From an uncultured Candidatus Saccharibacteria bacterium (GTDB taxonomy: Bacteria; Patescibacteriota; UBA1384; JAMDBS01; CAYSHH01), in contig CAYSHH010000001.1 in NCBI GenBank assembly GCA_964430945.1, positions 82,678-146,677 on the forward strand: a stretch of 64,000 nucleotides of DNA, read 5' to 3'. How positions within the stretch are numbered: the first letter of the stretch is position 1; the number at the start of each line of letters is the position of its first letter. The notes under the pieces were generated by a model. The model had not been told where the DNA came from. It saw nothing but the letters and a program-made list of their open reading frames with translations, and did not search any database. The position numbers and the translations under genes were made by a program. This document shows, piece by piece, positions 28,991 through 38,671 of the stretch.

Positions 28991-29159
28991 GCTCGGACAT
29001 CTCACTCGCTTCGCTCTTTAAAAACCACTCGGTTTTTAGTATTTTCCTCAAACGGGAAAACAATTGTTTTCCCGACCCCTTTCATGTTCGAGCCCTTCAA
29101 ACTACAAAACAAGACGAAAAAAGACGACATAAAGTCATCTTTCTTCGTCTGGCTCCCCG
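28991..29159. repeat. Multi-hairpin junction element with tRNA-end remnants
   Basis: GCTCGGACAT/ATGTTCGAGC outer stem, 22 bp palindrome CGGGAAAACAATTGTTTTCCCG (29053-29074), hairpin 29112-29150, then TGGCTCC (29150-29156) identical to tRNA-Asn 3' end. Confidence 0.6.
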
Positions 29160-29248
29160 TTATGGTTCAGTACCAAGTATTTAAGGGTGATAATACTCTT
29201 GTCCGATTCCCGTAGTAAATCGATATAGAACTATCACATTATCACAAG

Positions 29249-30604
29249 TTATATATAAACTTTTCTATTTTTTAAGAAAATATCTGTATTAAGACATTTG
29301 AGTAAATCTTGTTTTTCTTGTTTACTGCCACACTCAAAAACATGCTTAATATAGCTTTTTTCATCAATTTTCTTTGGATTTTTGCGTATTTTGAGCTCGG
29401 TTTGTCTACAAAATTCATATACTGATTCACCAAAATTTATAAACTCCTCCATCTTATACCTAACTCTTTTATTATTTTTCACCTGTTTAATAATAAGCAT
29501 TTCATTAAATAGTTTCTCTAACTGTTTTGTTAAATCTTCTTCTCGTATATATGGCTCTTTACAGTCAAGATTTCTGAATTTAGTGCAGTGATAGTAAACA
29601 TATTGTTTTTTAGTGCTGTCCTTGCGAGTCTTAATTTTTTCTGAGGCAGTAACACCTGATCCACAAGCACCGCATTTAAGTATTTTTGTATAATCAAACT
29701 TCTTAGTATTGGGCCAGGTTTTTGGGCATACTACCAGCTTTTTCTGGACTTTATTAAATAAATCGCGACTTATAACTGCTTTGTGTTTAGTCTTGTACCA
29801 TTTCCCAGAACCCTTAGGAAATTCAAATATTCCACAGTAGTATGGATTATTTAATATTGAGTAGATCATACTATAAGATACTCGTTTATTTTTTCTAGTT
29901 CTAAATCTTATTTTATCAAGCCATTTAAAAATATCTCTACCGCTATATCCTTGATACGCTGCTTTCTGAAACATTTTCTTGATAATTGATATCTTCTTGC
30001 GATCAATTTTAATAGTATGATTTACTCTATTGTTTATAAAGCCAAGTGGCGCCATAGTAGGGCGATATCCCATCTCGCATTTTGCCTTCATTCCTCTTTT
30101 GGCATTAATCCCTCTGTTATCATTTTCTAGCTTTGCTTGAGATCCTAATATCATCAACAGGAATTTATCATTAGGTGAATTTCTAAACTTTTGATTATAT
30201 GTTCTAATTTCGGTTAAAAATCCATTATCCATCAAATCTACCAACACACCTAAATCTCCTGCATTACGGCTCAAGCGATCAATAGACCAGCTGATAATAG
30301 CACTATATTTCCCCAATTTAATATCATCAATCAATTGGTTGAAAACGGATCTTTGTCTTGATTCTTTGGCAGAATAGCTTTCGCGAAGAATATTTTTTAC
30401 CTTAATATTGCTATTTTGGGCATACTCCAGCATTTCCTTAACTTGTGAGTCAATAGACATTGCTTGTCTTTCATCTGATTCACTTGACTTGCGAGCATAA
30501 AGGCAATATCTAATTGACTTCTTCTTTTTAAACTCTGCAGTTTGGTTGTTTGAGGTAAAAAATGATGGTATATTTTTCAACTTATCTTTCCTTTCTATAT
30601 ACAT
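29249..30604 (-). CDS. Large serine recombinase (resolvase + recombinase + Zn ribbon)
   Basis: YARKSSE catalytic Ser, DRLSRN, P.GF, NPYYCG, KCGACG...YYHC. Confidence 0.93.
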   Translation of the reverse strand: MYIERKDKLKNIPSFFTSNNQTAEFKKKKSIRYCLYARKSSESDERQAMSIDSQVKEMLEYAQNSNIKVKNILRESYSAKESRQRSVFNQLIDDIKLGKYSAIISWSIDRLSRNAGDLGVLVDLMDNGFLTEIRTYNQKFRNSPNDKFLLMILGSQAKLENDNRGINAKRGMKAKCEMGYRPTMAPLGFINNRVNHTIKIDRKKISIIKKMFQKAAYQGYSGRDIFKWLDKIRFRTRKNKRVSYSMIYSILNNPYYCGIFEFPKGSGKWYKTKHKAVISRDLFNKVQKKLVVCPKTWPNTKKFDYTKILKCGACGSGVTASEKIKTRKDSTKKQYVYYHCTKFRNLDCKEPYIREEDLTKQLEKLFNEMLIIKQVKNNKRVRYKMEEFINFGESVYEFCRQTELKIRKNPKKIDEKSYIKHVFECGSKQEKQDLLKCLNTDIFLKNRKVYI

Positions 30605-30666
30605 TCAGACTAATTTTTCAGATAAACAATGTCAATAAAATATACTTTAGCAAAATGAGACAAGAC

Positions 30667-30704
30667 AAATGAGACACTATAGAAAAGCAGGAATAAAAAT
30701 CTCA
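30667..30704 (+). repeat. Site A: AAATGAGACACTATAG half-site, TGAGA-N25-TCTCA dyad
   Basis: 16 bp identical to 38613-38628; same dyad spacing; extra AAATGAGACA copy at 30653-30662. Confidence 0.75.
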
Positions 30705-30746
30705 AACTATAATATTTAGATAAAGGTGAATTCAATATATATCCCC

Positions 30747-30799
30747 TTGACAAGCAATAAAACAAAGTGCTATACTTTATTGGCTTACCGACCGGTAAG
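30747..30799 (+). promoter_or_regulatory. Promoter and TetR operator
   Basis: TTGACA(30747)-18-TATACT(30771); palindrome CTTACCG-AC-CGGTAAG at 30784-30799. Confidence 0.75.
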
Positions 30800-30817
30800 T
30801 AATTGAAGGGAAAGTAT

Positions 30818-31423
30818 ATGTTAAATATAAACACTAGTTGTGATCAAAAAAAAATACTATATAATACGCAAAAAAAAATTATTGACACTGCTAGTCACTT
30901 ATTTTCTGAATATGGTTATTTTGGTGTCTCGATGAACGATATTGCTAAAAAACTGAATATTACAAAAGCTGCACTTTATTATCATTTTACAAGTAAATCT
31001 GAGATTTATAAAAATGTTCTTGACAAAGCTTTTTGCGATTTAAAAATATCGATATTAGAATTGTCTAAAGAAAAAGATGTAAATAATAGACTAAGAAAAT
31101 TAATTTATAAATACTTAGAAATAGGCACTAAAGAGAAAAATCTAATAAAAGCAATAGTTATTAAAATGCCTTCAACAAATAGAGAAATTATCAAACATAT
31201 TACTAACCTGAGAAGTCAAATTAAATTTATTATAAAACCAATAATTAACGAAATTTTTAAAAAGAAAAAAATAAGTGCTAGAGTGGACAGTGATTTATTG
31301 ACTTCATCACTGCTAAGCACTATGGATGGTTTCATTTTAGAGTATTCGTTTTTAAATAAAAAGATTGAAATAGAAAAATTATCAAATCAAATAACAGATT
31401 TGTTCATACAAGATATTAATTAA
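30818..31423 (+). CDS. TetR/AcrR family transcriptional regulator
   Basis: LFSEYGY.GVSMNDIAKKLNITKAALYYHFTSK HTH. Confidence 0.95.
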   Translation: MLNINTSCDQKKILYNTQKKIIDTASHLFSEYGYFGVSMNDIAKKLNITKAALYYHFTSKSEIYKNVLDKAFCDLKISILELSKEKDVNNRLRKLIYKYLEIGTKEKNLIKAIVIKMPSTNREIIKHITNLRSQIKFIIKPIINEIFKKKKISARVDSDLLTSSLLSTMDGFILEYSFLNKKIEIEKLSNQITDLFIQDIN

Positions 31424-31438
31424 CATGAAGGATTATAT

Positions 31439-34400
31439 ATGAAATTTACAGAAATTTTTGTTAAAAGACCAGTGACAACAATTATGATAATGCTGATTGT
31501 TATTCTTTTGGGTGTAGTTTCTTTAAGTGGTATCTCTTGGGATTTGCTGCCAGAGATCGAACTACCGATGGCAGGAGTGATAACAGTTTATCCAGGATCC
31601 TCTCCAACTGAAGTTGAAGAATTGGTGACCAAACCTCTAGAAACAGAATTAAGCACAGTTAATAATTTAGATTCCGTAAACTCTATTTCACAAGAAAATA
31701 TGTCCATAGTAATGTTTAAATTTAATTGGGGGGTCAATGTTGATGAGGCTGCGATTGAACTTAGGGATAAACTCGAATTAGTAAAAGCAAATCTTCCATC
31801 TGGTATCCAAACGCCAACTGTAATCAAATTTGATCCAACCTTAATGCCTACTATGGAATTGGCTGTTTCTGACGGAAAATCAATAGAAGATTTAACTAAA
31901 ATAATAAACGATACCATCAAACCTGATCTTGAAAAAGTTCCAGGTGTAGCATCTGTTGAACTTATCGGTGGATTGGATTCGGAAATTAAAATACAAGTTG
32001 ATCAAGAAAAAATGAGTCAGGCGGGACTGAGCTACGACCAACTTTTGCAGGTGCTAAAATCTCAAAATCTCTCTATTCCAGCAGGTGAAATAGAAAAAGA
32101 CAACAAAAAAATGGACGTTCGAGCAACTGCATCAATTGATAATATTGATCAGATAAAAGACATAATCGTAGGATATAAAACTGCAAATTTATCTTCCAGT
32201 GCTAATCAAGTCAGCACTGTTTCTGCTTCATATCTTTCCTATCAAGCAATACCTCAACCAGTTTATTTGAAAGATATTGCTGAAGTTGACTGTGATGTTG
32301 AAGAAACAACATCAATTAACAAATTAAATGACCAAAAAGCTGTTGGTCTTTCTATTCGCAAAGAAGGAAGCGCTAATACAGTCAAAGTTTCAAATGAAGT
32401 TAAAGAAAAAATTGATAGAATTCAAGAGGAGAACAATGTTGATATTGCAATTATTATGAATCAAGCAGAAATTGTTGAGAATTCTATAAACAATGTTGCA
32501 ATAACTGGAATTATCGGAGCAATTATAGCGATTATTATTTTATTTTTCTTTTTAAAAGATATAGGAAGCGCTTTGATTGTTGGCATTTCAATTCCTTTTT
32601 CAGTTATTGCCACATTTGCCTTGATGTATGCATCTGGCATTTCCATGAATCTTATGAGTTTGGGTGGATTGGTTTTAGGGATTGGCATGCTTGTGGATAA
32701 TTCTATTGTTGTATTGGAAAACATTTATAGGCACTTCAAAGAGAAAGGTAAAACTGCATTTCAAGCAGCAATTGAAGGAACTAAAGAAGTGGCTGGTGCT
32801 ATCACTGCATCTACACTCACTACTTTGGCAGTTTTCTTGCCAGTAGTATTTTTAGGTGGTTTAGCGGGACAATTATTTAAAGATTTTTCTTTGACTATTG
32901 TTTTTTCTTTAAGTGCATCATTATTGGTTGCATTAACAATACTTCCTATGCTGGCTTCTAAATTTATGAAAAAAAATAATGCAAGACAAGCAGTAAAAGA
33001 AAATAAATTATTAAAAATATATGAGCCAATAATAAAATGGTCTCTAAAAAATAGATTTGCTGTTATTGTAATTGCAATAGGTCTATTGGCGGGGAGTATT
33101 GCATTGATACCAGCTGTTGGAACCGAGTTGATTCCCGACATTGATCAAGGATATGTTGCAATATCTGCAAAATTACCCAATGGAACTAAATTAGAAAAAA
33201 GTGAAGAGCTGGCTGAAGAAATTGAAGTGATGCTTTTGGATTACGAGGAGATTAGCAACATCTCTGCAAATATTGGAAGTGACAGTCAAAATATGGCTTC
33301 AATTATGGGTGACAGCGGAAACAATATTGTTAAAATTAATGCAAAGCTTAAAGCAAAAAATGAACGAGATATTTCTACTGACGAATTTGTCAAAGAAGTC
33401 AAATCAAAATTGGAGGTTATAACAGGCGGTAGAGCCGAATCCTCAATTGCCAAAACAAATGCCATGATGGATATTGGAACAACGATTGAATATAAAATAA
33501 GTGGCAATGATGATCAAGATATTAAAAAAATCAGTGACAATCTTGTGGATAAAATTAAAAATATTAACGGACTTATAAATGTATCCTCTGATATTTCTGA
33601 GCAAAAGCCGGAAATTGAAATTTTAGTAGACAATAACAAAGCAATGAGTCAAGGGCTAGTGCCTGCTCAAGTCATTAATGCTGTTTACACCACTACAGGA
33701 ACTACAAAAGTCATGGAAATAGAAAAAGATGATGATATTATGGATGTAAATATTGAGCTTCGAAAAGAAGATAAAGCATCAATAGATGATCTTAAACAAT
33801 TAGAGCTAACTACCACTCAAGGCAAAAAAATAAAATTAGAGGAGGTTGCTGAAATTAAAGACTCTTTAGGACCAGTAAAAATTACCAGAGAAAATCAATC
33901 ACGTACAGCAACAATTTCTGCTAGTTTAAACGATACATCTCTTAGCAAAGCCGACTCTCAAATTCAAGAAATAATTGACAGTCTTGAAATCCCTTCAGGG
34001 CTAGAAATCACTCAAAGCGGTATACATGAAATGCAGGATGAATCATTTGATAATATTTATATTGCCTTAATCTTTGCTGCAATATTGGTGTATATGATTA
34101 TGGCAGCTCAATTTGAACGTTTGCTACATCCTTTTATCATCATGTTTTGTATACCCCTTGCACTTATAGGGGCGATATTAGGACTTTTAATGACAAATAT
34201 ACCTTTAGGTATTACTGCGATGATTGGCTTTGTAGTTTTGGTGGGTATAGTGATTAATAATGGTATTGTATTGGTTACTTATGTGGAGCAATTACAAGAA
34301 AAAGGAATGTCAAAGGAAGAAGCTCTTATCGAAGGTGGAAAAACAAGATTAAGACCTATCCTTATGACTGCAATTACTACAATTGTTGGATTAATTCCTT

Positions 34401-34564
34401 TAGCTCTAAATCTTGGCGAGGGATCAGAAATGATGAAACCTGTAGCTATTGTAGTAATCGGTGGAATGATTACCTCAACTTTGCTTACATTAATAGTTAT
34501 TCCTGTAGTATACTCTTTGCTTGATAGAAAAAAGACTGTAAAAGCTGATTCAATTCAAAATTAA
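31439..34564 (+). CDS. RND efflux permease (AcrB/SwrC-like)
   Basis: FVKRPV, GMLVDNSIVVLENI, GIVINNGIVL, RLRPILMT. Confidence 0.95.
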   Translation: MKFTEIFVKRPVTTIMIMLIVILLGVVSLSGISWDLLPEIELPMAGVITVYPGSSPTEVEELVTKPLETELSTVNNLDSVNSISQENMSIVMFKFNWGVNVDEAAIELRDKLELVKANLPSGIQTPTVIKFDPTLMPTMELAVSDGKSIEDLTKIINDTIKPDLEKVPGVASVELIGGLDSEIKIQVDQEKMSQAGLSYDQLLQVLKSQNLSIPAGEIEKDNKKMDVRATASIDNIDQIKDIIVGYKTANLSSSANQVSTVSASYLSYQAIPQPVYLKDIAEVDCDVEETTSINKLNDQKAVGLSIRKEGSANTVKVSNEVKEKIDRIQEENNVDIAIIMNQAEIVENSINNVAITGIIGAIIAIIILFFFLKDIGSALIVGISIPFSVIATFALMYASGISMNLMSLGGLVLGIGMLVDNSIVVLENIYRHFKEKGKTAFQAAIEGTKEVAGAITASTLTTLAVFLPVVFLGGLAGQLFKDFSLTIVFSLSASLLVALTILPMLASKFMKKNNARQAVKENKLLKIYEPIIKWSLKNRFAVIVIAIGLLAGSIALIPAVGTELIPDIDQGYVAISAKLPNGTKLEKSEELAEEIEVMLLDYEEISNISANIGSDSQNMASIMGDSGNNIVKINAKLKAKNERDISTDEFVKEVKSKLEVITGGRAESSIAKTNAMMDIGTTIEYKISGNDDQDIKKISDNLVDKIKNINGLINVSSDISEQKPEIEILVDNNKAMSQGLVPAQVINAVYTTTGTTKVMEIEKDDDIMDVNIELRKEDKASIDDLKQLELTTTQGKKIKLEEVAEIKDSLGPVKITRENQSRTATISASLNDTSLSKADSQIQEIIDSLEIPSGLEITQSGIHEMQDESFDNIYIALIFAAILVYMIMAAQFERLLHPFIIMFCIPLALIGAILGLLMTNIPLGITAMIGFVVLVGIVINNGIVLVTYVEQLQEKGMSKEEALIEGGKTRLRPILMTAITTIVGLIPLALNLGEGSEMMKPVAIVVIGGMITSTLLTLIVIPVVYSLLDRKKTVKADSIQN

Positions 34565-34620
34565 TATTGAGAATATTACAAATAGTAAATAAATATTAAC
34601 CAGTTCAAAAGTGATATTAG

Positions 34621-35100
34621 ATGAAAAAATATCCTGATAAAAATTTTATTTCAGAGGGTATATACGGAATGGTCACATGTTTGGCAGTTATTTTGATTAT
34701 GGAAAGCCATTTATCAAATTATTGGGATGCATCTTTAACCTTATTTGGTTCTGTATTGGTAGTTACACTCGCAAAAGCATATAGTGATACTATTGCTGAA
34801 GTGATTACTCAAAAAAGAAAATTAGAGTTGTCAGAATTAAGAATAGTCTGGTATCATGCAGCCCCCATACTTATATCTGCAAATATCCCCACATTAATTA
34901 TTTTACTGTCTGGCTTGGGATTATATTCTGTGTCCACAGCTTTATATGTATCTAAAATATTCATTTATATTTTATTGTTTTTATATGGAATTAAGATGGG
35001 TCAGCTTATGCATGAATCCAGGATAAGGATAATATTCAGTGGGCTTATGACATGTGGTATAGGATTGTTAATTAGTTTTATTAAAATGTTTTTTCACTAA
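34621..35100 (+). CDS. Small membrane protein (VIT1/CCC1-like)
   Basis: GIYG start, about five TM segments. Confidence 0.6.
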   Translation: MKKYPDKNFISEGIYGMVTCLAVILIMESHLSNYWDASLTLFGSVLVVTLAKAYSDTIAEVITQKRKLELSELRIVWYHAAPILISANIPTLIILLSGLGLYSVSTALYVSKIFIYILLFLYGIKMGQLMHESRIRIIFSGLMTCGIGLLISFIKMFFH

Positions 35101-35129
35101 ATGTATAAATATTAAATAATTAATAGATA

Positions 35130-36083
35130 ATGGCTATCATTGAAGTTCAAAATCTAACCAAAAAGTTTGGCGAAAAAGCTGCGGTAAACGGCTTAAGTTT
35201 TGATGTGGAAAAAAATCAAATTTTTGGTCTTCTTGGAACAAATGGGGCTGGCAAATCAACAACTATTAATATTCTAAATGGTCTTTTAGTTCCAGATAAA
35301 GGAAAAGTTAAAATTCTTGGATATGATATTAAAAATATTGAAAAGGTAAGGAATAAGATTGCTTTAGTTCCTCAATCAACTTCTTTATATGAAGATTTAA
35401 CAGCACTCGAAAATATTGAATTTTTTGCAGGAATGTATATTAGTGATGAAAGAAAACTGCAGAGCTCCATCAAGTGTACTGTTAATAAACTCAATATTAA
35501 AAATATTTTAACAAAACAAGTTTCCCAACTTTCCGGAGGATATAAAAGAATTGTTTCTATTGCATGTGCATTAGCTACAAACCCAAAAATTGTATTTTTT
35601 GATGAGCCACTTACAGGAATAGATATTCATACAAATCAAATAATATTAAACATTTTAGAAGATCTTAAAAAGGATATGACAATAATCTTTACCACTCATT
35701 CAATAAAAGAAGCAGAAAAACTATGCGATTATGTTTTTTTTATTGATAAGGGTCAATGTTTTCTTCAAGGAAAAGTATCAGATATTATAGATAGATATAT
35801 CAAAAAAAATGGTCAGAATATAATTATAAAATTTAATACCTTGCGTGAAACTAGGAAATTTGCAAAATTTTTGCAATCAAATAAAACTAGCATCCTCAAT
35901 CAAAAAAATGAAGGTAAGTCGATAGTATTAGATGTTTCTAATCCAAATTTTGGAATTAAAGAAATATTTTTACTATCTCAAAAAGCTTCTACTACAATTA
36001 AAGATATCAAAATAAATAAACCTAATTTAGAAATAGTTTTTAATAAAATATATAACGATGAAATTATTAAGAATAATTATTAA
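35130..36083 (+). CDS. ABC-2 exporter ATP-binding subunit
   Basis: GTNGAGKST, LSGG, FFDEP, TTH. Confidence 0.95.
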   Translation: MAIIEVQNLTKKFGEKAAVNGLSFDVEKNQIFGLLGTNGAGKSTTINILNGLLVPDKGKVKILGYDIKNIEKVRNKIALVPQSTSLYEDLTALENIEFFAGMYISDERKLQSSIKCTVNKLNIKNILTKQVSQLSGGYKRIVSIACALATNPKIVFFDEPLTGIDIHTNQIILNILEDLKKDMTIIFTTHSIKEAEKLCDYVFFIDKGQCFLQGKVSDIIDRYIKKNGQNIIIKFNTLRETRKFAKFLQSNKTSILNQKNEGKSIVLDVSNPNFGIKEIFLLSQKASTTIKDIKINKPNLEIVFNKIYNDEIIKNNY

Positions 36084-37551
36084 AGAATTCAAGCAGATCA
36101 CTCATGACAGAGGATTTATATTAACTCTTATATTTATCCCTCTTGTTTTGATGATAATTTTCAATGCCACTTTTAAGTCAGATGTAAAAAATCTAGACAC
36201 AATAATTATTGATAATGATAATTCAGTTTATTCAGAAAGCATTAAAAATGCCGCTCGTGATTCAGAATATTTTAATGTTATTGAGGACGATATTTCCTTT
36301 GATCAAGCCAAAGAAAAATTAAAAACAAGTGAGGTCAGATCAATTATTGTTGTGCCGGAAGGATTTTCTCAAAAATTAGATAATGCTGAAAAAACTGATA
36401 TGAAAATTTATATCGATTCTTCTGATTATACAGTTTATAATGTTATTAAATCTGCCTCGGGTCAACTTTTGAAAGATTCTCTAAAAGATATAATTAATCT
36501 TATTGTAGCAGGTCTTGAAACTGAAAAGGATGTAAATCAAAATAAAATTAATGAGATAAATGAGCTGACCGATAATTTAAAAGTCAAAGCGGATCGAACA
36601 AAAGCAAATTTAGACAATCTATCGTATGATTTTGATGATTTTAGAACACAGATTAATGATATGGAAAGCTCTATTACTGATCTTGATAAGTCGTTAAATG
36701 CACTTCCCAAGGATTCGGACGTTGTAAAACAATTTAGTGAAATCAAAAATGAATTCGATAGTTTAAAAGATAAGGTTAATAATCATCAGAAATCGGTTGA
36801 TAGCATTGAATATGATATAGATGGAATCAAGGTAGATTATGACTCTATTAAAGAAAAGGTGCAAAATATTGATGTTAAACTTGAGAATCTGAAAAAAGAT
36901 TTTCTTTCTCAGCCGATAGAATTTGAAAAGCAATTTGAATATGGAGAAATATCTTACTTTCAATATTTGACCCCCGGAATTATATCACTCATCTTATTTT
37001 TTATAGGTATATCATTAACACTTCTTAATCTAATTGAAGAAAAACAATCTAAAACGCTGTATCGCATGATGACTACTCCAGTAAATAAATGGGAGATATT
37101 TTTTGGAAAATTTTTTCTTTTTTTTGTGATAGGTATTTTTGAAGCAGGATATATACTCTTAATTTCTATACTTTTCTTTAATGTAAATATTGCTGGAAGC
37201 ATCTTGTATGTTTTTTATATTTTAGTAGTCCTTATGTCTGCATCAATTGGTCTAGGTCTTATGCTTTCAGAATTTGTAAAAACTACAAAACAAGCATTTA
37301 TGCTCGGACCACTTATAATTATTCCTTCAATTTTAATTTCCCAGACCTTTTCACCAGTAGAAGTAATGCCTCAATATATGCGATATGTCGCATATCTAAT
37401 ACCGATGTATTATTCTAATAATGCACTTCGTGATGTAATGATAAAGGGTGCATCTTTTTCAACTATTGCCCCAGAAATTATTCTTCTTACGCTTTATGCT
37501 TTTATCACGGTTTCACTTGGAGCATTAATCTTTAGAAAAAAAATCCAATAA
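36058..37551 (+). CDS. ABC-2 permease with long extracellular coiled-coil insertion
   Basis: IIKEFKQI..DR start, ~130 aa heptad segment, ABC2 membrane C-terminus (PGII, P..Y...ALR). Confidence 0.88.
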   Translation: MKLLRIIIKEFKQITHDRGFILTLIFIPLVLMIIFNATFKSDVKNLDTIIIDNDNSVYSESIKNAARDSEYFNVIEDDISFDQAKEKLKTSEVRSIIVVPEGFSQKLDNAEKTDMKIYIDSSDYTVYNVIKSASGQLLKDSLKDIINLIVAGLETEKDVNQNKINEINELTDNLKVKADRTKANLDNLSYDFDDFRTQINDMESSITDLDKSLNALPKDSDVVKQFSEIKNEFDSLKDKVNNHQKSVDSIEYDIDGIKVDYDSIKEKVQNIDVKLENLKKDFLSQPIEFEKQFEYGEISYFQYLTPGIISLILFFIGISLTLLNLIEEKQSKTLYRMMTTPVNKWEIFFGKFFLFFVIGIFEAGYILLISILFFNVNIAGSILYVFYILVVLMSASIGLGLMLSEFVKTTKQAFMLGPLIIIPSILISQTFSPVEVMPQYMRYVAYLIPMYYSNNALRDVMIKGASFSTIAPEIILLTLYAFITVSLGALIFRKKIQ

Positions 37552-37600
37552 AAAGTCGTTTATTGTGAAATAAATAAAAATATTATCAAACATTATCGTT

Positions 37601-38446
37601 ATGAAAAATTATAAAGAAGCACCAGGTATTCTGGATTCAATTAAGAAAATATTCCGTACTAAACCTCCTAAAATATGCTTAGTTCTTGGTAGTGGGGGTA
37701 CTTGGGGTCTAGCACATATTGGGGTTTTAAAAGTCCTAGAAAAGAATGGTATCGTACCAAATTATATAGTCGGTTGTAGTATGGGGTCTGTAATTGGTGC
37801 TATATATGCACTAAATAAGGACTTAAATAAAATTGAAAAGATATCATCGGAGCTTGGTAAGTGGAATCTAATTAAACTTGCTGATGTAAATATACCCAAA
37901 AAATCATTAATAACTGGCAAGAAAATCAGAAATTTTCTAGAAAATATTATTGCCGATAAAACATTTTCCGATACTATAATTCCTATTAAAATCATTGCTA
38001 CTGACTTAGAAAAAGGAGAACAAATGGTTTTAAGTCGAGGAAGTTTACTAGATGCGGTTATGGCAAGTTCAAGCATTCCTGGGATATTCCCACCAGTTAA
38101 ATTAGATGAAAAACTATTAGTTGACGGAGGTGTAATTAACGCCACTCCAATTAATGTAGCTAGAAGTTTTAAGCCAGATATTATTATTGGAGTAGATTTG
38201 ACTATAAAACATAAAGCTGTTTTTAAAAACCCAAATATCTATCAAGTACTTATGCGATCATTTGATATATTAAGGAACCAATCTACTAAATTTTTTATTG
38301 AAGAAGACAAAAATACTATTATTATAAGACCAAATGTTGCTAAGATGGAATCATATAAACTATATGATTTGAATATGTTTATTAAAGAAGGAGAAAAAGC
38401 AACAAAAAAATGTTTACCGCAAATAAATGCATTATTAAATGATTAA
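37601..38446 (+). CDS. Patatin-like phospholipase
   Basis: LGSGG.WGLAHIGVL, GCSMG, AS.SIPGIFPP, VDGG. Confidence 0.93.
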   Translation: MKNYKEAPGILDSIKKIFRTKPPKICLVLGSGGTWGLAHIGVLKVLEKNGIVPNYIVGCSMGSVIGAIYALNKDLNKIEKISSELGKWNLIKLADVNIPKKSLITGKKIRNFLENIIADKTFSDTIIPIKIIATDLEKGEQMVLSRGSLLDAVMASSSIPGIFPPVKLDEKLLVDGGVINATPINVARSFKPDIIIGVDLTIKHKAVFKNPNIYQVLMRSFDILRNQSTKFFIEEDKNTIIIRPNVAKMESYKLYDLNMFIKEGEKATKKCLPQINALLND

Positions 38447-38603
38447 TCACACTAAAAAACATTTTCTTCACACAATCTATTATATATTTCAAAACAGACA
38501 ATTTAGTATAAAAAGTCCCAAACTGCATCTGGCCGGGGACATGTCGGTCTGGACATTTTGTCTCTTTACCAGTACCTATATAAAGGTTTTAGGTGTTTAA
38601 AGC

Positions 38604-38653
38604 AACAGGTAGAAATGAGACACTATAGGAAATGGTTGTTTTAATTCTCATTT
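38604..38653 (+). repeat. Site B: AAATGAGA-N25-TCTCATTT dyad; left flank AACAGGTAGAAAT is inverted at 51598-51610
   Basis: Perfect 8 bp inverted arms; 16 bp identity to site A; 13 bp inverted identity to 51598-51610. Confidence 0.75.
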
Positions 38654-38671
38654 TCTGATTAGAATATAAAT

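Noticed and set aside
30610-30834. 74-aa minus-strand ORF and the many other short antisense ORFs in the track
   Set aside because: They overlap promoter/operator DNA or well-supported genes, lack RBS and have low-complexity composition
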